From Myxococcota bacterium (GTDB taxonomy: Bacteria > Myxococcota_A > Bradymonadia > UBA7976 > UBA1532), in the NCBI GenBank assembly GCA_036337435.1, contig JAYZEG010000064.1:1-48306 (forward strand): a stretch of DNA of 48,306 bases, read 5' to 3'. A model generated the notes under the pieces. That model was not told where the DNA came from. It saw only the letters and a list, made by a program, of their open reading frames with translations, and searched no databases. The position numbers were made by a program, and so were the translations under genes. Shown one piece after another: positions 18,283 to 29,600 of this stretch (the stretch's first letter is position 1; each line of letters begins with the position of its first letter).

Positions 18283-21200
18283 ATGCAAACGGTAAGGAAA
18301 GCCAACTGGATACTTGCGATGAGTGCCGCCATGCTTGTGATGGGCTTTGGCTGTGGAGAAGAAGTCGGGGATGTCGATCGGATCCAACCGCACTACGTGA
18401 AGAAATCTAATCTGGAAGGTGAGTGGTACTTTCGCCAAACGGTGGTCGACCGACCACCTAACTACCTATACCTGTTCACGGGGATAGAAAACAGTTTGGA
18501 GAAGATCCGGTGGGAAGTTCGGGAGAGCCAACTGATAGCCTATCGCATTCACGCTGCAGTTCGTGGAATCGATGACGATGAGACGCTTCCTGGTGCCGAG
18601 TTCAAGGGTGACCCAGTCGCTGTTTACAGCATTATCTCCCATTTCGACATCATCCGCGATTTCGATAGAAATTCAGGGCAGCAGTCGAACGTGCTTGTAG
18701 AAAATGCGTCTTTAAAACCGTGGTTTGAGCGCGAATACATGCGGGTTGATTGGACCTCGAATACCTTGTCTGGCCCTGTGGACATCGGGGGGTATTTCTC
18801 CATCGCCGGACTGGGAAAGACGCACGCTTATCATCCGCGGGATACTGAGCCTTACAATCCTGACCGGCTTCAGCTCGACGACGACCGCATCTTTTTCACC
18901 AACTATTACATCGTCAACGATGGTGGCTATTCTTGTTTCAACTCATTCGGTTGGGGCATGTTCGGCGGGTTTGACAACTGTGGTCCAGTCGAGGTCAAAA
19001 TCCGTAATGCCTTTTCGCGGATTGACCCTGAAGAGGTCAGGCAATTCGAAGCGCGTAAATACGATGACAGAACCGTTCTCAACGACGATGGCGGAGAGCC
19101 CATAAATTACGTGACAGTAACCGCTGGCGACGACGGTCAAATGATCGATGTTGCGTGCACCGAGGATGTAATATCCGCTCTGTCACCCGAAATCACAATC
19201 GAAGATTGCAAGCCGCTCTCATGGAATGACTTTAGCCGTTTCGGTTATTTCCGAAGTCAGCGGTACGGATACGACCGGCGAGTCGGCGGTGGTAACGACG
19301 CCCTCGAAGAGTTTTACGCTAATCATCACCAAGTTTGGAAAAAGACCGTCGATGGTGCTGGAAACCGAATTCCACTCACCGAACGAGAATTGCGCCCCGT
19401 GGTCTATTACCTCAATCCCAATTTTCCCGATAACCTCAAGGATACGGCTGCAAAGATCGGGGATGATTGGAATAATGCATTCATGGAAATGGCTATGGCG
19501 GCGACGGGCCGGTCGGCCGAAGAAATAGCTGGTCAGCTGGCGGCAGATACTGATCCCAATGCACTGTTTTTGGCTGCGGATACAAACAAAGCTGGAGCCC
19601 TTTTCCAGGTCCGCGAAAACAATTGTTCGGCTCGTGGTGTCGAAGCATATCTGACGCGAAATCCTAGCATGAGCCTGGTGTCTCTTGAGGCCGCTGGCGG
19701 GGAATTACTGCCGGGTAATATTGAGCGTGTTTGTTCAGCCCTCAACTACTTCTCCAAAGAAAAGTCACGGTCAGAGACGGTTGAGATCTTCGAGTGGCAG
19801 CAGATGGGTGACCTTCGGTATAGCTACATTTGGTGGGTCAACGAAGCACAGCCCAACGGACCCCTCGGGTATGGACCGTCCTCCGCCGATATTGAAAGCG
19901 GGAGGATTATTTCGGGTAATGCCCACGTTTATGGCGCTGCGCTAGACAGCTATGCCCGCAGTGCCGCGGACGTCGTCCGGACGCTAAATGGAGACCTCGA
20001 CGTGCACGAACTGCTGGATGGACACTCCTACATGCAGTGGATAAATAGCGGCACGAGTGTAGCGGATCAGCCAGCCATGCCGTCAGATGAAATGCAGGCT
20101 GAAATATCGAGGCGTATCGGCAGTGATAATATGGATGGCTACCGGTCGTTCCGAAACGGCGACGGCTCGATGGACAAAGCGGCGGTGTTTCGTCACATGC
20201 GAGACCGACTTCGCAATACGTCTGCAACGGACCCAATTCAAGCCGCATTGAATGTACCGGAAGGCTACGCGCAGAGTCGATTTGGGGAGTTGGCCCAGAA
20301 CACAAAGTCACGCGCTCCGCTCCTCACCCATGCAAACCTAAAGCTCGTCGCACCACTTTTTAATTGGGTGCCGGGCGAGGACGTGCCGGCGGAGATGGAA
20401 GAAGCCGCTCTAGACTTGGCGATTAATCCTCACCGGCATCACGAGGAAATGCACGAGCACCAGAAGTTCTTTTCCGAGCGTAACGTGTACTTGGGAGACT
20501 TTATCGACGATTCCGTCATCGGTATGGCCCTCGAACTCCGTGGACTTCCGGCAGAAGAAGTTTATCAGCGATTGAGGCGGGAAATCTTCGAGGCAGTCAT
20601 GCTCCATGAGATCGGACATACGGTTGGACTCCGCCACAATTTCGAGGCGAGTACGGATGCACTGAATTACCAAGATGACTTTTGGCAAATTCGGGAGCAG
20701 TTTCCTGAAGAAGAATGGAATCAAGCTCGTCTTCCCGAATACCGCTATACCTCAATCATGGATTACGGTAGCCGGTTCAATTCTGATATGAAGGGTCTCG
20801 GAAAGTATGACTATGCTGCCATCAAGTACCTGTATGGTGGGCAGATTGAAGTCTTTGACGACTCGGTGCCTGTACCAGGTCGACTCGACCTCGAAATGGA
20901 CTTGGCAAGCTATACAAGGCTTCCGGAAATGCTTGGCGGCGCATCGGAGAATTTCACCAAGCGACGAAATAGGAAAGCCGCAGATGTCATGGAGGAGAAG
21001 CGTCTCGGCGTCTTGGAAAACGCTCGCCTGCTCGTTGAGAATCGAGCTCGACCAACATCAGAATTTTATATCGAGCGAACTGTTCCTTACGCTTTTTGTA
21101 CAGACCAATTCAACGGTGACTTGAATTGCAAGACCTGGGACGAGGGGGCGACTCAGACCGAAGCTGTTCAAGCAGCGATTCAACGATATTGGAATTACTA

Positions 21201-22323
21201 CTTGTTCAACAGTTTTCGGCGAGGTCGAAACGAGAACTCATTCATCCGTTCGTTCACCTCAAGCCAATCTCGTGTGATGGACTATTTGATGTATCCATGG
21301 CAGTTCTACTACTTCTACGACGCTTATCCAGTTGACCTGAGGGATGACCTGCTCCAAGCCGCAATGCTTGGACTCAACTTCATCAATCAAGTCCTCGGGA
21401 CACCGGAGCCTGGTCGGTACTGCCAATACACAAACGAGTTGTATTTGCCTGCTGACGTTTTTAATCGCCAAACACAACTAGACTGCAATTCGATTAATGT
21501 TGGTTTGGGAGCCGGTCGAGACCTCTACTTTCAATTCTCAGACGAGCATATCTTTCGTTGGAATTCTATCGGATCTTTCTTCGATAAACAGACCATGATG
21601 CAGGCACTTTTTATCAACGGGACCCGCTTTTTTCGGATTCGCGACGACAGTGATTCTCGGGCATTCAACATCAACTACTACCGAGTTTTCCGGGAGGAGA
21701 TGCTGAAGTTGACCCGCGACATGGTGATGTCAACCATGATGAATTGGACATACATCGATGGGAACCCAAGTTTTGTCCAGGATACAGTTTTTGGCAGTCT
21801 GGTCGTTGATGGTGCATTGTCCCCTCAATTGTTGGTTGACCCGGCCCGCTTTGCAACCTCCAGTAGAGCATCGACGGCGGCAGCACCAAAGCTTTACACA
21901 CAGATTCCCTATAATATTGCGACGCGCAGCTTAATCTACAACGCCATTACAAACAGCAGCCCTTACGACCAAGTGACCGACTTCATCGAGTATATTACGG
22001 TTCTCGAGTTGGGCTCTGGTGACGACAGGGTTGTAGAAGGCGGAACCGATATGGCCGTATTCGTGCACCCGATGACGGGGCAGACGTATGCGGCGACGCA
22101 GACGCAAGATGGGCGGTCCATTGCTCATGAGTTGGCTACACTTGCCGCTGATTATGTCACAGCAGAGTGGGAACCGGCGCGACAAGCATATGAAGCTGAC
22201 CCAACGAATGAAAACTTCGAACGGATTTTTGAGCGCATCGATAGGCAACTGCAAGAATTTGTTGAAATGCTCGATTACATGCGGCAGCTGCGGTCGGATT
22301 TCGACCTGGCAAACCGACGATAA
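18283..22323 (+). CDS. large lipoprotein zinc metalloprotease (metzincin, EcxA/DUF4953-like), paralog 1
   Basis: RBS AGGAG 18272-18276 before ATG 18283; lipobox MGFGC; HEIGHTVGLRHNF zinc motif; Met-turn TSIMDY; GKYDYAAIKYLYG. Confidence 0.88.
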   Translation: MQTVRKANWILAMSAAMLVMGFGCGEEVGDVDRIQPHYVKKSNLEGEWYFRQTVVDRPPNYLYLFTGIENSLEKIRWEVRESQLIAYRIHAAVRGIDDDETLPGAEFKGDPVAVYSIISHFDIIRDFDRNSGQQSNVLVENASLKPWFEREYMRVDWTSNTLSGPVDIGGYFSIAGLGKTHAYHPRDTEPYNPDRLQLDDDRIFFTNYYIVNDGGYSCFNSFGWGMFGGFDNCGPVEVKIRNAFSRIDPEEVRQFEARKYDDRTVLNDDGGEPINYVTVTAGDDGQMIDVACTEDVISALSPEITIEDCKPLSWNDFSRFGYFRSQRYGYDRRVGGGNDALEEFYANHHQVWKKTVDGAGNRIPLTERELRPVVYYLNPNFPDNLKDTAAKIGDDWNNAFMEMAMAATGRSAEEIAGQLAADTDPNALFLAADTNKAGALFQVRENNCSARGVEAYLTRNPSMSLVSLEAAGGELLPGNIERVCSALNYFSKEKSRSETVEIFEWQQMGDLRYSYIWWVNEAQPNGPLGYGPSSADIESGRIISGNAHVYGAALDSYARSAADVVRTLNGDLDVHELLDGHSYMQWINSGTSVADQPAMPSDEMQAEISRRIGSDNMDGYRSFRNGDGSMDKAAVFRHMRDRLRNTSATDPIQAALNVPEGYAQSRFGELAQNTKSRAPLLTHANLKLVAPLFNWVPGEDVPAEMEEAALDLAINPHRHHEEMHEHQKFFSERNVYLGDFIDDSVIGMALELRGLPAEEVYQRLRREIFEAVMLHEIGHTVGLRHNFEASTDALNYQDDFWQIREQFPEEEWNQARLPEYRYTSIMDYGSRFNSDMKGLGKYDYAAIKYLYGGQIEVFDDSVPVPGRLDLEMDLASYTRLPEMLGGASENFTKRRNRKAADVMEEKRLGVLENARLLVENRARPTSEFYIERTVPYAFCTDQFNGDLNCKTWDEGATQTEAVQAAIQRYWNYYLFNSFRRGRNENSFIRSFTSSQSRVMDYLMYPWQFYYFYDAYPVDLRDDLLQAAMLGLNFINQVLGTPEPGRYCQYTNELYLPADVFNRQTQLDCNSINVGLGAGRDLYFQFSDEHIFRWNSIGSFFDKQTMMQALFINGTRFFRIRDDSDSRAFNINYYRVFREEMLKLTRDMVMSTMMNWTYIDGNPSFVQDTVFGSLVVDGALSPQLLVDPARFATSSRASTAAAPKLYTQIPYNIATRSLIYNAITNSSPYDQVTDFIEYITVLELGSGDDRVVEGGTDMAVFVHPMTGQTYAATQTQDGRSIAHELATLAADYVTAEWEPARQAYEADPTNENFERIFERIDRQLQEFVEMLDYMRQLRSDFDLANRR

Positions 22324-22393
22324 GGGGGCTTGTTAAATGATGACTACAAAGACCTACATTTTCGGTGAGAAGACTCAGAGGAGCGGCATTACT

Positions 22394-25300
22394 ATGAATT
22401 GGACCAGGCTATTCATTATTGGTTTGATGGCGTCCTTCATCGGCTGTGCAGAACCCAATGAAGACATTAATCTGGTTCAGCCGCATTACGTGGCGAAAGC
22501 TATGTTTAATGGACAGTGGCTTTACAAGCAGACAGTCGTCGATGTCTCGCCGGAGATCGCCATTGGATTCGTTGGTTTAGAAGGGGCGCTCGAGAAGCTT
22601 GAATGGGTGATCACTCACGATTTCCTGACCGGCTATCGAACCCATGAAGCAGTCCCCGGTTTAGACGAAGATACAACTCAGGCGGGCAGTAATTACAGAG
22701 GGGATCCGGTCGCCGTGTTTCCGATCCTCTCTCACTTTGACATCCGACGCAATTACAACCCGTCAACGGGCGAGCAGGACAACCAGATAGTCGAAAACAC
22801 CTTTGACCGTCCCTGGTACGAGCGGGATTACATGCGGGTGGATTGGAACTCGAATGCGATGAGTGGGCCTGTCGATATTTCCTTTATGAAGGCCTACTCA
22901 GAGGCCAGCGATTATATCCGCGAAACGGAGCTTGATGACCCGGGTATGCTCGTACTTGATGAGGACTATATTCAGGTTACGCAGCAGGTCATTTTGAGTG
23001 ATGGCGGTAGCACTTGCTACTACTCATACGGCAACTTTAATTGCGGTAGTGCTGAGGCACGTGTCCGATTGTCGTTTTCAAAGATTGATCCCGCACAGCA
23101 GTATGAGCCGAGAGAATACAGAGATCTGATCGAACTCACTGATGCTGACGGGCGGAAGCTCAAGCGGCTGTATCTTGGTGTGCCCTTAAACAATCCTGTG
23201 GAAGGACAATACTTTCACTGCACGCAAGAACTCATTGATTTCTTGAACTCGAGCACTGACGCGCGTCGTGACTACACGCTGCAAGACTGCGAACCTGTAA
23301 GCTATGATCAGTCTGGTCGATTTGGTTTTTTCCGACAAGAACGGTACCGCTACGACCGACGGGTTGGCGGAGCCCATGACGAGCATCGGGAATTTACCGC
23401 TGCCATTCATAATATCTGGGCGAATCCATATCAATTGAATGTTGATGGAACACCCGTGTTTGACGCGGCTGGCCGGAAGGTCTCAGTACCGTTCGCCGAG
23501 CGCAAAGCGAAACCGGTCGTTTACTACTTGAACGTTAACTTTCCGGATGACCTCCTGCACGTAGCGGGACAAATGGCCAATGACTGGGATGGGCCTTTCA
23601 TTGGTGCGATGACCGCCGCGACTGGACGAGATGAAGCCACCGTCCGGGCTCAACTTGAGGCTGATTTCCCGGGGCAAGATTGGTCCTATTTACCGGGCGA
23701 CAACTTGGGTAAAAAAGGTGCGTTTCAGATCCGCCGAAACACATGTTCAAAGCCGGGCATAAGTGCTTATTTAAATGCACTTCCAATTTCGGCTAAGGCA
23801 GATGCTTTGATGGATGCCTTAGCGCCTGTTGTGGGTGATACCGAAGGTGAACGAGCGAGTCGTGTGGCTGCTATCACGGCGGCAGTCCAGCGGGGGAGCC
23901 TGCCTCGCTTGTGCGCTATTCTCCGTAGCTCGAGTCGTCTGCTCGGCCTGGACTATAAGTTCGATTGGCAGCAACTTGGAGACATTCGGTACAATATGTT
24001 GAACTGGATTAACGAGCCTCAGCCGTCCGGCCCATTAGGTTACGGCCCATCGGCCGTTGACAAAGAGACGGGTCAAATCCATTCCGGCACTGCCAATATG
24101 TATGGGGCATCGGTGGATACCTACGCACGAGCTGCTGCCGATATTGTGCGTGCGATGAACGATGACCTGGACCTGAATGTTCTGGTGTCGGGGGCAAGTT
24201 ATCAGGACTGGCTTGAGTCAAGTTCAAGCTTCGGGGATATGCCGATAGAAATGACTGAGGAGATGGCTCAGGAACTGAACGGACGTTTCGGTGACTTTTC
24301 CGTCGAAGAAATGTACGGCTCGTATCGATTCGAAGACGGCCGCATCAATCCTGGCGAGCTAAAGCGACAGATGGCAGAACGCTTGCGCAATCCAATGCCT
24401 GGCGACCCAATGTATGCGGCGTCAAGGGTGCCAGCGAACGAAGCAAAAAATCGTCTGGAGGCAATTAGACAAGACCCCGAGATGCGGGCACGCTTGACGT
24501 CGAATCAGCACGCGGCCCTCGTCAAACCTCTCTACGGCCTTCAGGCAAATGATGAGCTAACCTCCGAGGCCAAGGAAGCGGCCTTTAATATGGCAATGGA
24601 CCCTGTTGCTTTCAACAAGTACCAGGAGGAACGATTCAAGTTTTTCTCTGGCCACAACGCATATATGGCTGATTTTATGGATGACTCGATTATTGGTCAG
24701 GCCTTAGCCATGCGGGGGATGGATCCAGAGGCGGTCTACAAGCAGTTGCGAGAAGAGATCTTTCGCGCGGTTGCCTTGCATGAGATCGGACACACGGTCG
24801 GTATGACCCATAATTTTGAAGGGTCACACGATGCGCTGAACTATCCTGATGAGTTCTGGCGGCTTCGAGATGAACTGCCGGAAGAGGAATGGCGAACGAG
24901 CCGCATGCGAGAGCATCAGTATACGACGATTATGGAATACGGCAGTCGTTTTAACTCGGACACGAAGGGGCTGGGTAAGTACGACCATGCAGCTATCAAA
25001 TTCGCCTATGGACATCATGTCGAGGAATTTGACCCGTCAGTTAATTTGAGCTCGACCTTCGGCTTTGAGGTTTTCGCCAATGGTTTTGAAGGAATTCCAG
25101 AGCTTGTCGGCGGTGATTATAAGAATATCTCGAAGCGGATTGACGTCGCCATCGAAGATCAGGTTCGAGACCTTCGCCTCGGGCTCATGGACAATACGGC
25201 GAAGCTGCTCGAAAACCCGAATCGGTCAGCCACGGAATACTGGTATTCGCTCGGTGTGCCATACGGCTACTGCTTCGATGTGTTTCGTGGAAATATCCGA

Positions 25301-26464
25301 TGTCAGGTCTGGGACGAAGGGGCTCGCTTTACGGACACAGTGCGCGCAGCGATCCAGAATTACTGGAACTATTACGTATTCACGAGTTATCGGCGGGGTC
25401 GCAACCAGAGTGGCTTTATCAACTCGTACTTTGGCAGACAATCTCGGTTGAGCTGGTATCTGACCACCTTCTTCCGTTTCTATTACTTCTACCAACAGTG
25501 GGATATTGGAATTCGGAATGACCTGCAACAAGCGTCGCTGGTCGGCCTCAACTTCATCAATCAGGTTCTCGGAACACCCAAATCTGGTCCACATTGTTTG
25601 GATAGCGAGCGGAATCAATACGTGCCCTATGCAATGGCGAACGGGGAGGTTCAGGCGAACTGTGACCCCATTAACGTGCCTGTGGGAACCGGACGTCCAG
25701 ATCTTTTGCGTTATAATGACGATTATCTCCCGGTCATAGACTACATCGGCTCATACTACGACAAGGCGAATGTGCTGACTTATCTCATGAATACAGGAAG
25801 CAACTTCTTCCGTGTCTCCAATATCGGTGACCAGCGGGCTTTCTCTATTGGTTATTATCGAGTGTTCAGAAATGAACTCATGGACTTGCTCCGGAGCGCA
25901 TTGTTCGCTTGGCTCGGCGAGGACAAAGGAGGCGCGTACAGCAGCTATGTGATGAATGAGGGCGTTGTACCCAAGGCACTTGTGGCTGCGGAGGCGTTTA
26001 ACCAAGCCCCTGAAGAAATGGCTGGTATGCCGCAGATGTATTCACCACTTGGCTACAATATTGTCTTTAACGCGGTGGCTTATGCGGCGATTTACAACAC
26101 GTCTACATTCGATTCAGAGTTGGATTTCGATGAGTACATCGTAATTACAGAGAAGGGAAGTGGTGATGACCGCAACTACCAGGATGGCTGGGCGGTGGTA
26201 TCATTCGTTCATCCTCATACAAAGGCTGTCCTAGAAGCGGCGCAGACGCGGGATGGCAAGTCCATTAGTTATGAGCTACTCACCCGCGCCAATGCGTTTG
26301 TCGAGACCGTATGGAATCCTGCAGCAGAGGCGCTTGAGCAATCGCCTAATGACCCAGTGGTGCGCGCTGCCTATGAGGCCGCTGACGTCAAATTGGGCCA
26401 ATACACTGACATCATCACCGACCTGAGGTACATCACGTCGGCGGTCGACCTCGGTGCTGATTGA
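22394..26464 (+). CDS. large lipoprotein zinc metalloprotease (metzincin, EcxA/DUF4953-like), paralog 2
   Basis: RBS GAGGAG before ATG 22394 (alternative start 22337); lipobox SFIGC; HEIGHTVGMTHNF; Met-turn TTIMEY; colinear with paralog 1. Confidence 0.88.
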   Translation: MNWTRLFIIGLMASFIGCAEPNEDINLVQPHYVAKAMFNGQWLYKQTVVDVSPEIAIGFVGLEGALEKLEWVITHDFLTGYRTHEAVPGLDEDTTQAGSNYRGDPVAVFPILSHFDIRRNYNPSTGEQDNQIVENTFDRPWYERDYMRVDWNSNAMSGPVDISFMKAYSEASDYIRETELDDPGMLVLDEDYIQVTQQVILSDGGSTCYYSYGNFNCGSAEARVRLSFSKIDPAQQYEPREYRDLIELTDADGRKLKRLYLGVPLNNPVEGQYFHCTQELIDFLNSSTDARRDYTLQDCEPVSYDQSGRFGFFRQERYRYDRRVGGAHDEHREFTAAIHNIWANPYQLNVDGTPVFDAAGRKVSVPFAERKAKPVVYYLNVNFPDDLLHVAGQMANDWDGPFIGAMTAATGRDEATVRAQLEADFPGQDWSYLPGDNLGKKGAFQIRRNTCSKPGISAYLNALPISAKADALMDALAPVVGDTEGERASRVAAITAAVQRGSLPRLCAILRSSSRLLGLDYKFDWQQLGDIRYNMLNWINEPQPSGPLGYGPSAVDKETGQIHSGTANMYGASVDTYARAAADIVRAMNDDLDLNVLVSGASYQDWLESSSSFGDMPIEMTEEMAQELNGRFGDFSVEEMYGSYRFEDGRINPGELKRQMAERLRNPMPGDPMYAASRVPANEAKNRLEAIRQDPEMRARLTSNQHAALVKPLYGLQANDELTSEAKEAAFNMAMDPVAFNKYQEERFKFFSGHNAYMADFMDDSIIGQALAMRGMDPEAVYKQLREEIFRAVALHEIGHTVGMTHNFEGSHDALNYPDEFWRLRDELPEEEWRTSRMREHQYTTIMEYGSRFNSDTKGLGKYDHAAIKFAYGHHVEEFDPSVNLSSTFGFEVFANGFEGIPELVGGDYKNISKRIDVAIEDQVRDLRLGLMDNTAKLLENPNRSATEYWYSLGVPYGYCFDVFRGNIRCQVWDEGARFTDTVRAAIQNYWNYYVFTSYRRGRNQSGFINSYFGRQSRLSWYLTTFFRFYYFYQQWDIGIRNDLQQASLVGLNFINQVLGTPKSGPHCLDSERNQYVPYAMANGEVQANCDPINVPVGTGRPDLLRYNDDYLPVIDYIGSYYDKANVLTYLMNTGSNFFRVSNIGDQRAFSIGYYRVFRNELMDLLRSALFAWLGEDKGGAYSSYVMNEGVVPKALVAAEAFNQAPEEMAGMPQMYSPLGYNIVFNAVAYAAIYNTSTFDSELDFDEYIVITEKGSGDDRNYQDGWAVVSFVHPHTKAVLEAAQTRDGKSISYELLTRANAFVETVWNPAAEALEQSPNDPVVRAAYEAADVKLGQYTDIITDLRYITSAVDLGAD

Positions 26465-26490
26465 TGACACGGTAGTCTGGCCGTAAGATG

Positions 26491-26526
26491 AAACCCCGGT
26501 GCCCGAGTGGACCGGGGTTTTTCTTT
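26491..26526 (+). terminator. rho-independent terminator after the protease pair
   Basis: AAACCCCGGT-N10-ACCGGGGTTT perfect 10-bp inverted repeat followed by TTCTTT. Confidence 0.85.
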
Positions 26527-26600
26527 AACAGTGCTGGTCGATCCGGCATCATGGCGAGGGATGTTCGTGTGCTTTAAGTGCTTGGTTCAGGAGAAAAGCG

Positions 26601-29600
26601 TTGCCGGAGCTTGTCGCCAATCGATTTGAGCTGAATGAGCTGCTCGGCGAAGGGGGGGTGTCAAGGGTCTACCGCGCCTATGACCGGACTGTTGGCCATG
26701 AAGTCGCCATAAAGCTATTGCATCCCCGATACTTGGGTGAAGGCCGGATAAGACGTCGGTTCATGCGTGAGGCCAGGGCGTTCAAGCGGCTTCGCCATCC
26801 AAACATTGTCAAAATGTTTGATTTTGGCGACGCTGATCAGGGTCCCTATATCTGCCTGGAATTTGTCCAGGGACAGACATTGTCGACATACTGTGAAACC
26901 TGTTCATTCGAGGACTTTATCCGAGTTCTAGATGATGTGCTCGCCGCTCTCACCGCGGCCCATGCCAAAGGTGTTTATCATCGAGATGTCAAGCCAGATA
27001 ACGTCTTAGTCATTGATTTGGACGGGGCACCGTGCGCGAAGTTGCTGGACTTTGGCTTCGCTCGACTCGACGATGAAGAGAGTGAGTACTCTAAGCGCGA
27101 TGCCTTCGGCACGCCTCGTTACATGGCACCGGAACAAATCAGTCACGCGGCACCAATTGGGCCGGCAACGGATATCTATTCATTGGCGGTCGTGGTCTAT
27201 GAGTTTTTAAGTGGTCAGCCACCATTTGACGGCAGCCACGGTATGGCTGTTGCTTTGAAGCATCTGACCGACCCAGTTCCGAATTTAATCCTTCGCACGG
27301 GGATGTCCGCTGGCCAAGCTTTAATTCCTATTGTCATGCGGGCCTTAGCAAAAGCACCGGCGGATCGGTATGCATCGGTTCCGGAACTACGGCATGCAAT
27401 CGTCAACGCCTTGGGCGAGGAGAAGTCATTTTTTAAGCAACCAGTAACGGCGCCTGGTGTGGACGCTGCCGCAGCACAGCGAATTGCTGAAATGGCGTTC
27501 CAGGATTTGTCTCGATCTGAGACTGCACCAATCGCGATAAGCCATTCCACCGTTGGAGAGCATGTCATTGTAGACCCGATCGGAGTGAGGCCGCTGATTG
27601 GACGAGATCTAGAGCAAGACTGGCTTTCGCAGGCTTTAAGAGGAGTTGCCAATGGCCGCCCCGGAGAGCTTCTACTGGTAGATGCTGACCCCGGCATGGG
27701 ACGTAGACAGTTACTCGGATGGTTGACCGATACAGCGAAAGTGCAGGGTCGTGTTCAAGTTGTATCCTTCGGTCATCGGCGGCACGCCGGCGAACATTGC
27801 GCTGGTATCAGGGCGATCTTGGACGAACTACTGGGTGGTCTCGTGAACCAGTCGACAGCCTATGCAGAATTGGTGCGGCGCGTTGAAAAGTGGGCCGCCT
27901 TGCCACGCAGTGCACCCTTGTTACGATATCTGGAACCTGGCGCGTTGACGCATTTGGTAGAATTTGTTTACCCCGAGGGTGGCGACGCAAGTGAGTCCGC
28001 TGATGATCGTCTTTTGGTTGAAGACATTGTTCGAGATGCGGCGCATACCATCGGTAATCTCGTTGCTCTAGCAAGTTTGAACAGGCCTGTTTTATTCACC
28101 GTGGGTGATCTCGATCGGTTGGATTCATTTTCAAACACGGTGCTTCTCGAGTTGGTGTCCCTGTTGGAGCAGCATGCACTGCCCATCCTCTTCGTGGTGT
28201 CTCATTCGTCAACGGGACTATCAAAAAAAGTGGATGAGGTTATTGCGAGATTGCGGACTCAAACGGCTCGAGTTCAATCAAGGTCTCTTCGCGCCCTTCA
28301 GGTTGACGATATGCGCTTACTTCTTCAACACGTTGCGCCATTGGATGAAGCGGTTGCTGAGGCTGTTGCCGTCAGAACAAAAGGCAATCCATATTTTGCG
28401 ACAGAGTTAGTTAAACTCCTGAAAAAACGGCGGGAGTTAGACGAGTACGGTGGACGTTTGGCCCTATCCGAAAATGCGAGTCCAGCGGCCTGGCCATCCA
28501 CCTTGGCTGAGACTTTGTTGTTACGGGCACGGGCGACCTTGGCCGACCTGCCGGATGGCCAGCTGGCTGAAGAGCTCCTTCAGGCTTGCGCTGTCTTAGG
28601 TGAAGGTTTTGAGTACGACGTTTTAATTCGTTATCTGACCACTGAATCTGAACAGCAAGGACGTATCGAGCGTGGGGTGGAATTGCTGGTCGAAAATGGG
28701 TTTCTTGCTGATTCAGAGGGGCAAAGTGGGGACCGCATTCATTTTGTGCATCGCTTGTTATGGGAAGAATTGAATTCTCAAATCAGCCTCGATGACAGAC
28801 GTCTACTTCATAGCCGTGCTGCGGATGCAATGAGTGCCGACGCCTCCATGATTCCCCATCGCGCCGTAGAGATTGCTGCTCACCTGGAAGAGGCAGGCCG
28901 GAAGCTTGAGGCAGGGCGCTATTGGCTGCGAGCGGCCATGTTCGCGCGGCGCAGTGGGGACCTTCCCCGATGTCGGCACCTGTTGGAGAGAGCCAACGCT
29001 GTACTGGAGGCTTCGCGCAAACCGGATGCTGATTATCTGCGGGCGCAGATTTGGCTAGATCTAGGTGCGGTTGAGTTGAACTTAAGTTCGCCAGCTCGTG
29101 CGAAAGTGCTCGCTGCTTCAATCATAAAATGGTCTCGGGCGACCGATGAAACATATTTTTACGGTCGAGGCCTACTTTTGCTTGGTGATGCGCTTCGTGC
29201 GGGGAAGGCCTTCGGTGAAGCTTTGAGGGCATACGGACAGGCAAATGATGTTCTCTTAGATGCAGCTGACTTGAAAGGTGTTGGCTACTGTTTGTTGGGG
29301 CGGGGCCGCGTTGAACGGCACTTGGGCCGATTAGGCGAAGCCCTGACGAGCTTTAGTAATGCAGCTGAACAATTTGGTAAAATTGATGACCGCGCTGGTC
29401 AAGCACAAATGTACTTAGCGGTGGGCGAACTTTGCGAGCAACAAGCCGAAATACGACCCGCAGAACGGGCCTTTCGACGCTCACAGAAATTGTTTGAACA
29501 ATGCCATGATGTCAGCAATGGACTTCTGGCTGAATTAAAACTTGGCTTACTGTTGTATAAGTCGGGGCGCAGGGAGGAAGGACGACGAGCTTTAGCGAGG

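Noticed and set aside
18283..26464. Short DNA identities between the two protease genes as mobile or recent repeats
   Set aside because: They coincide with conserved protein motifs in old paralogs.
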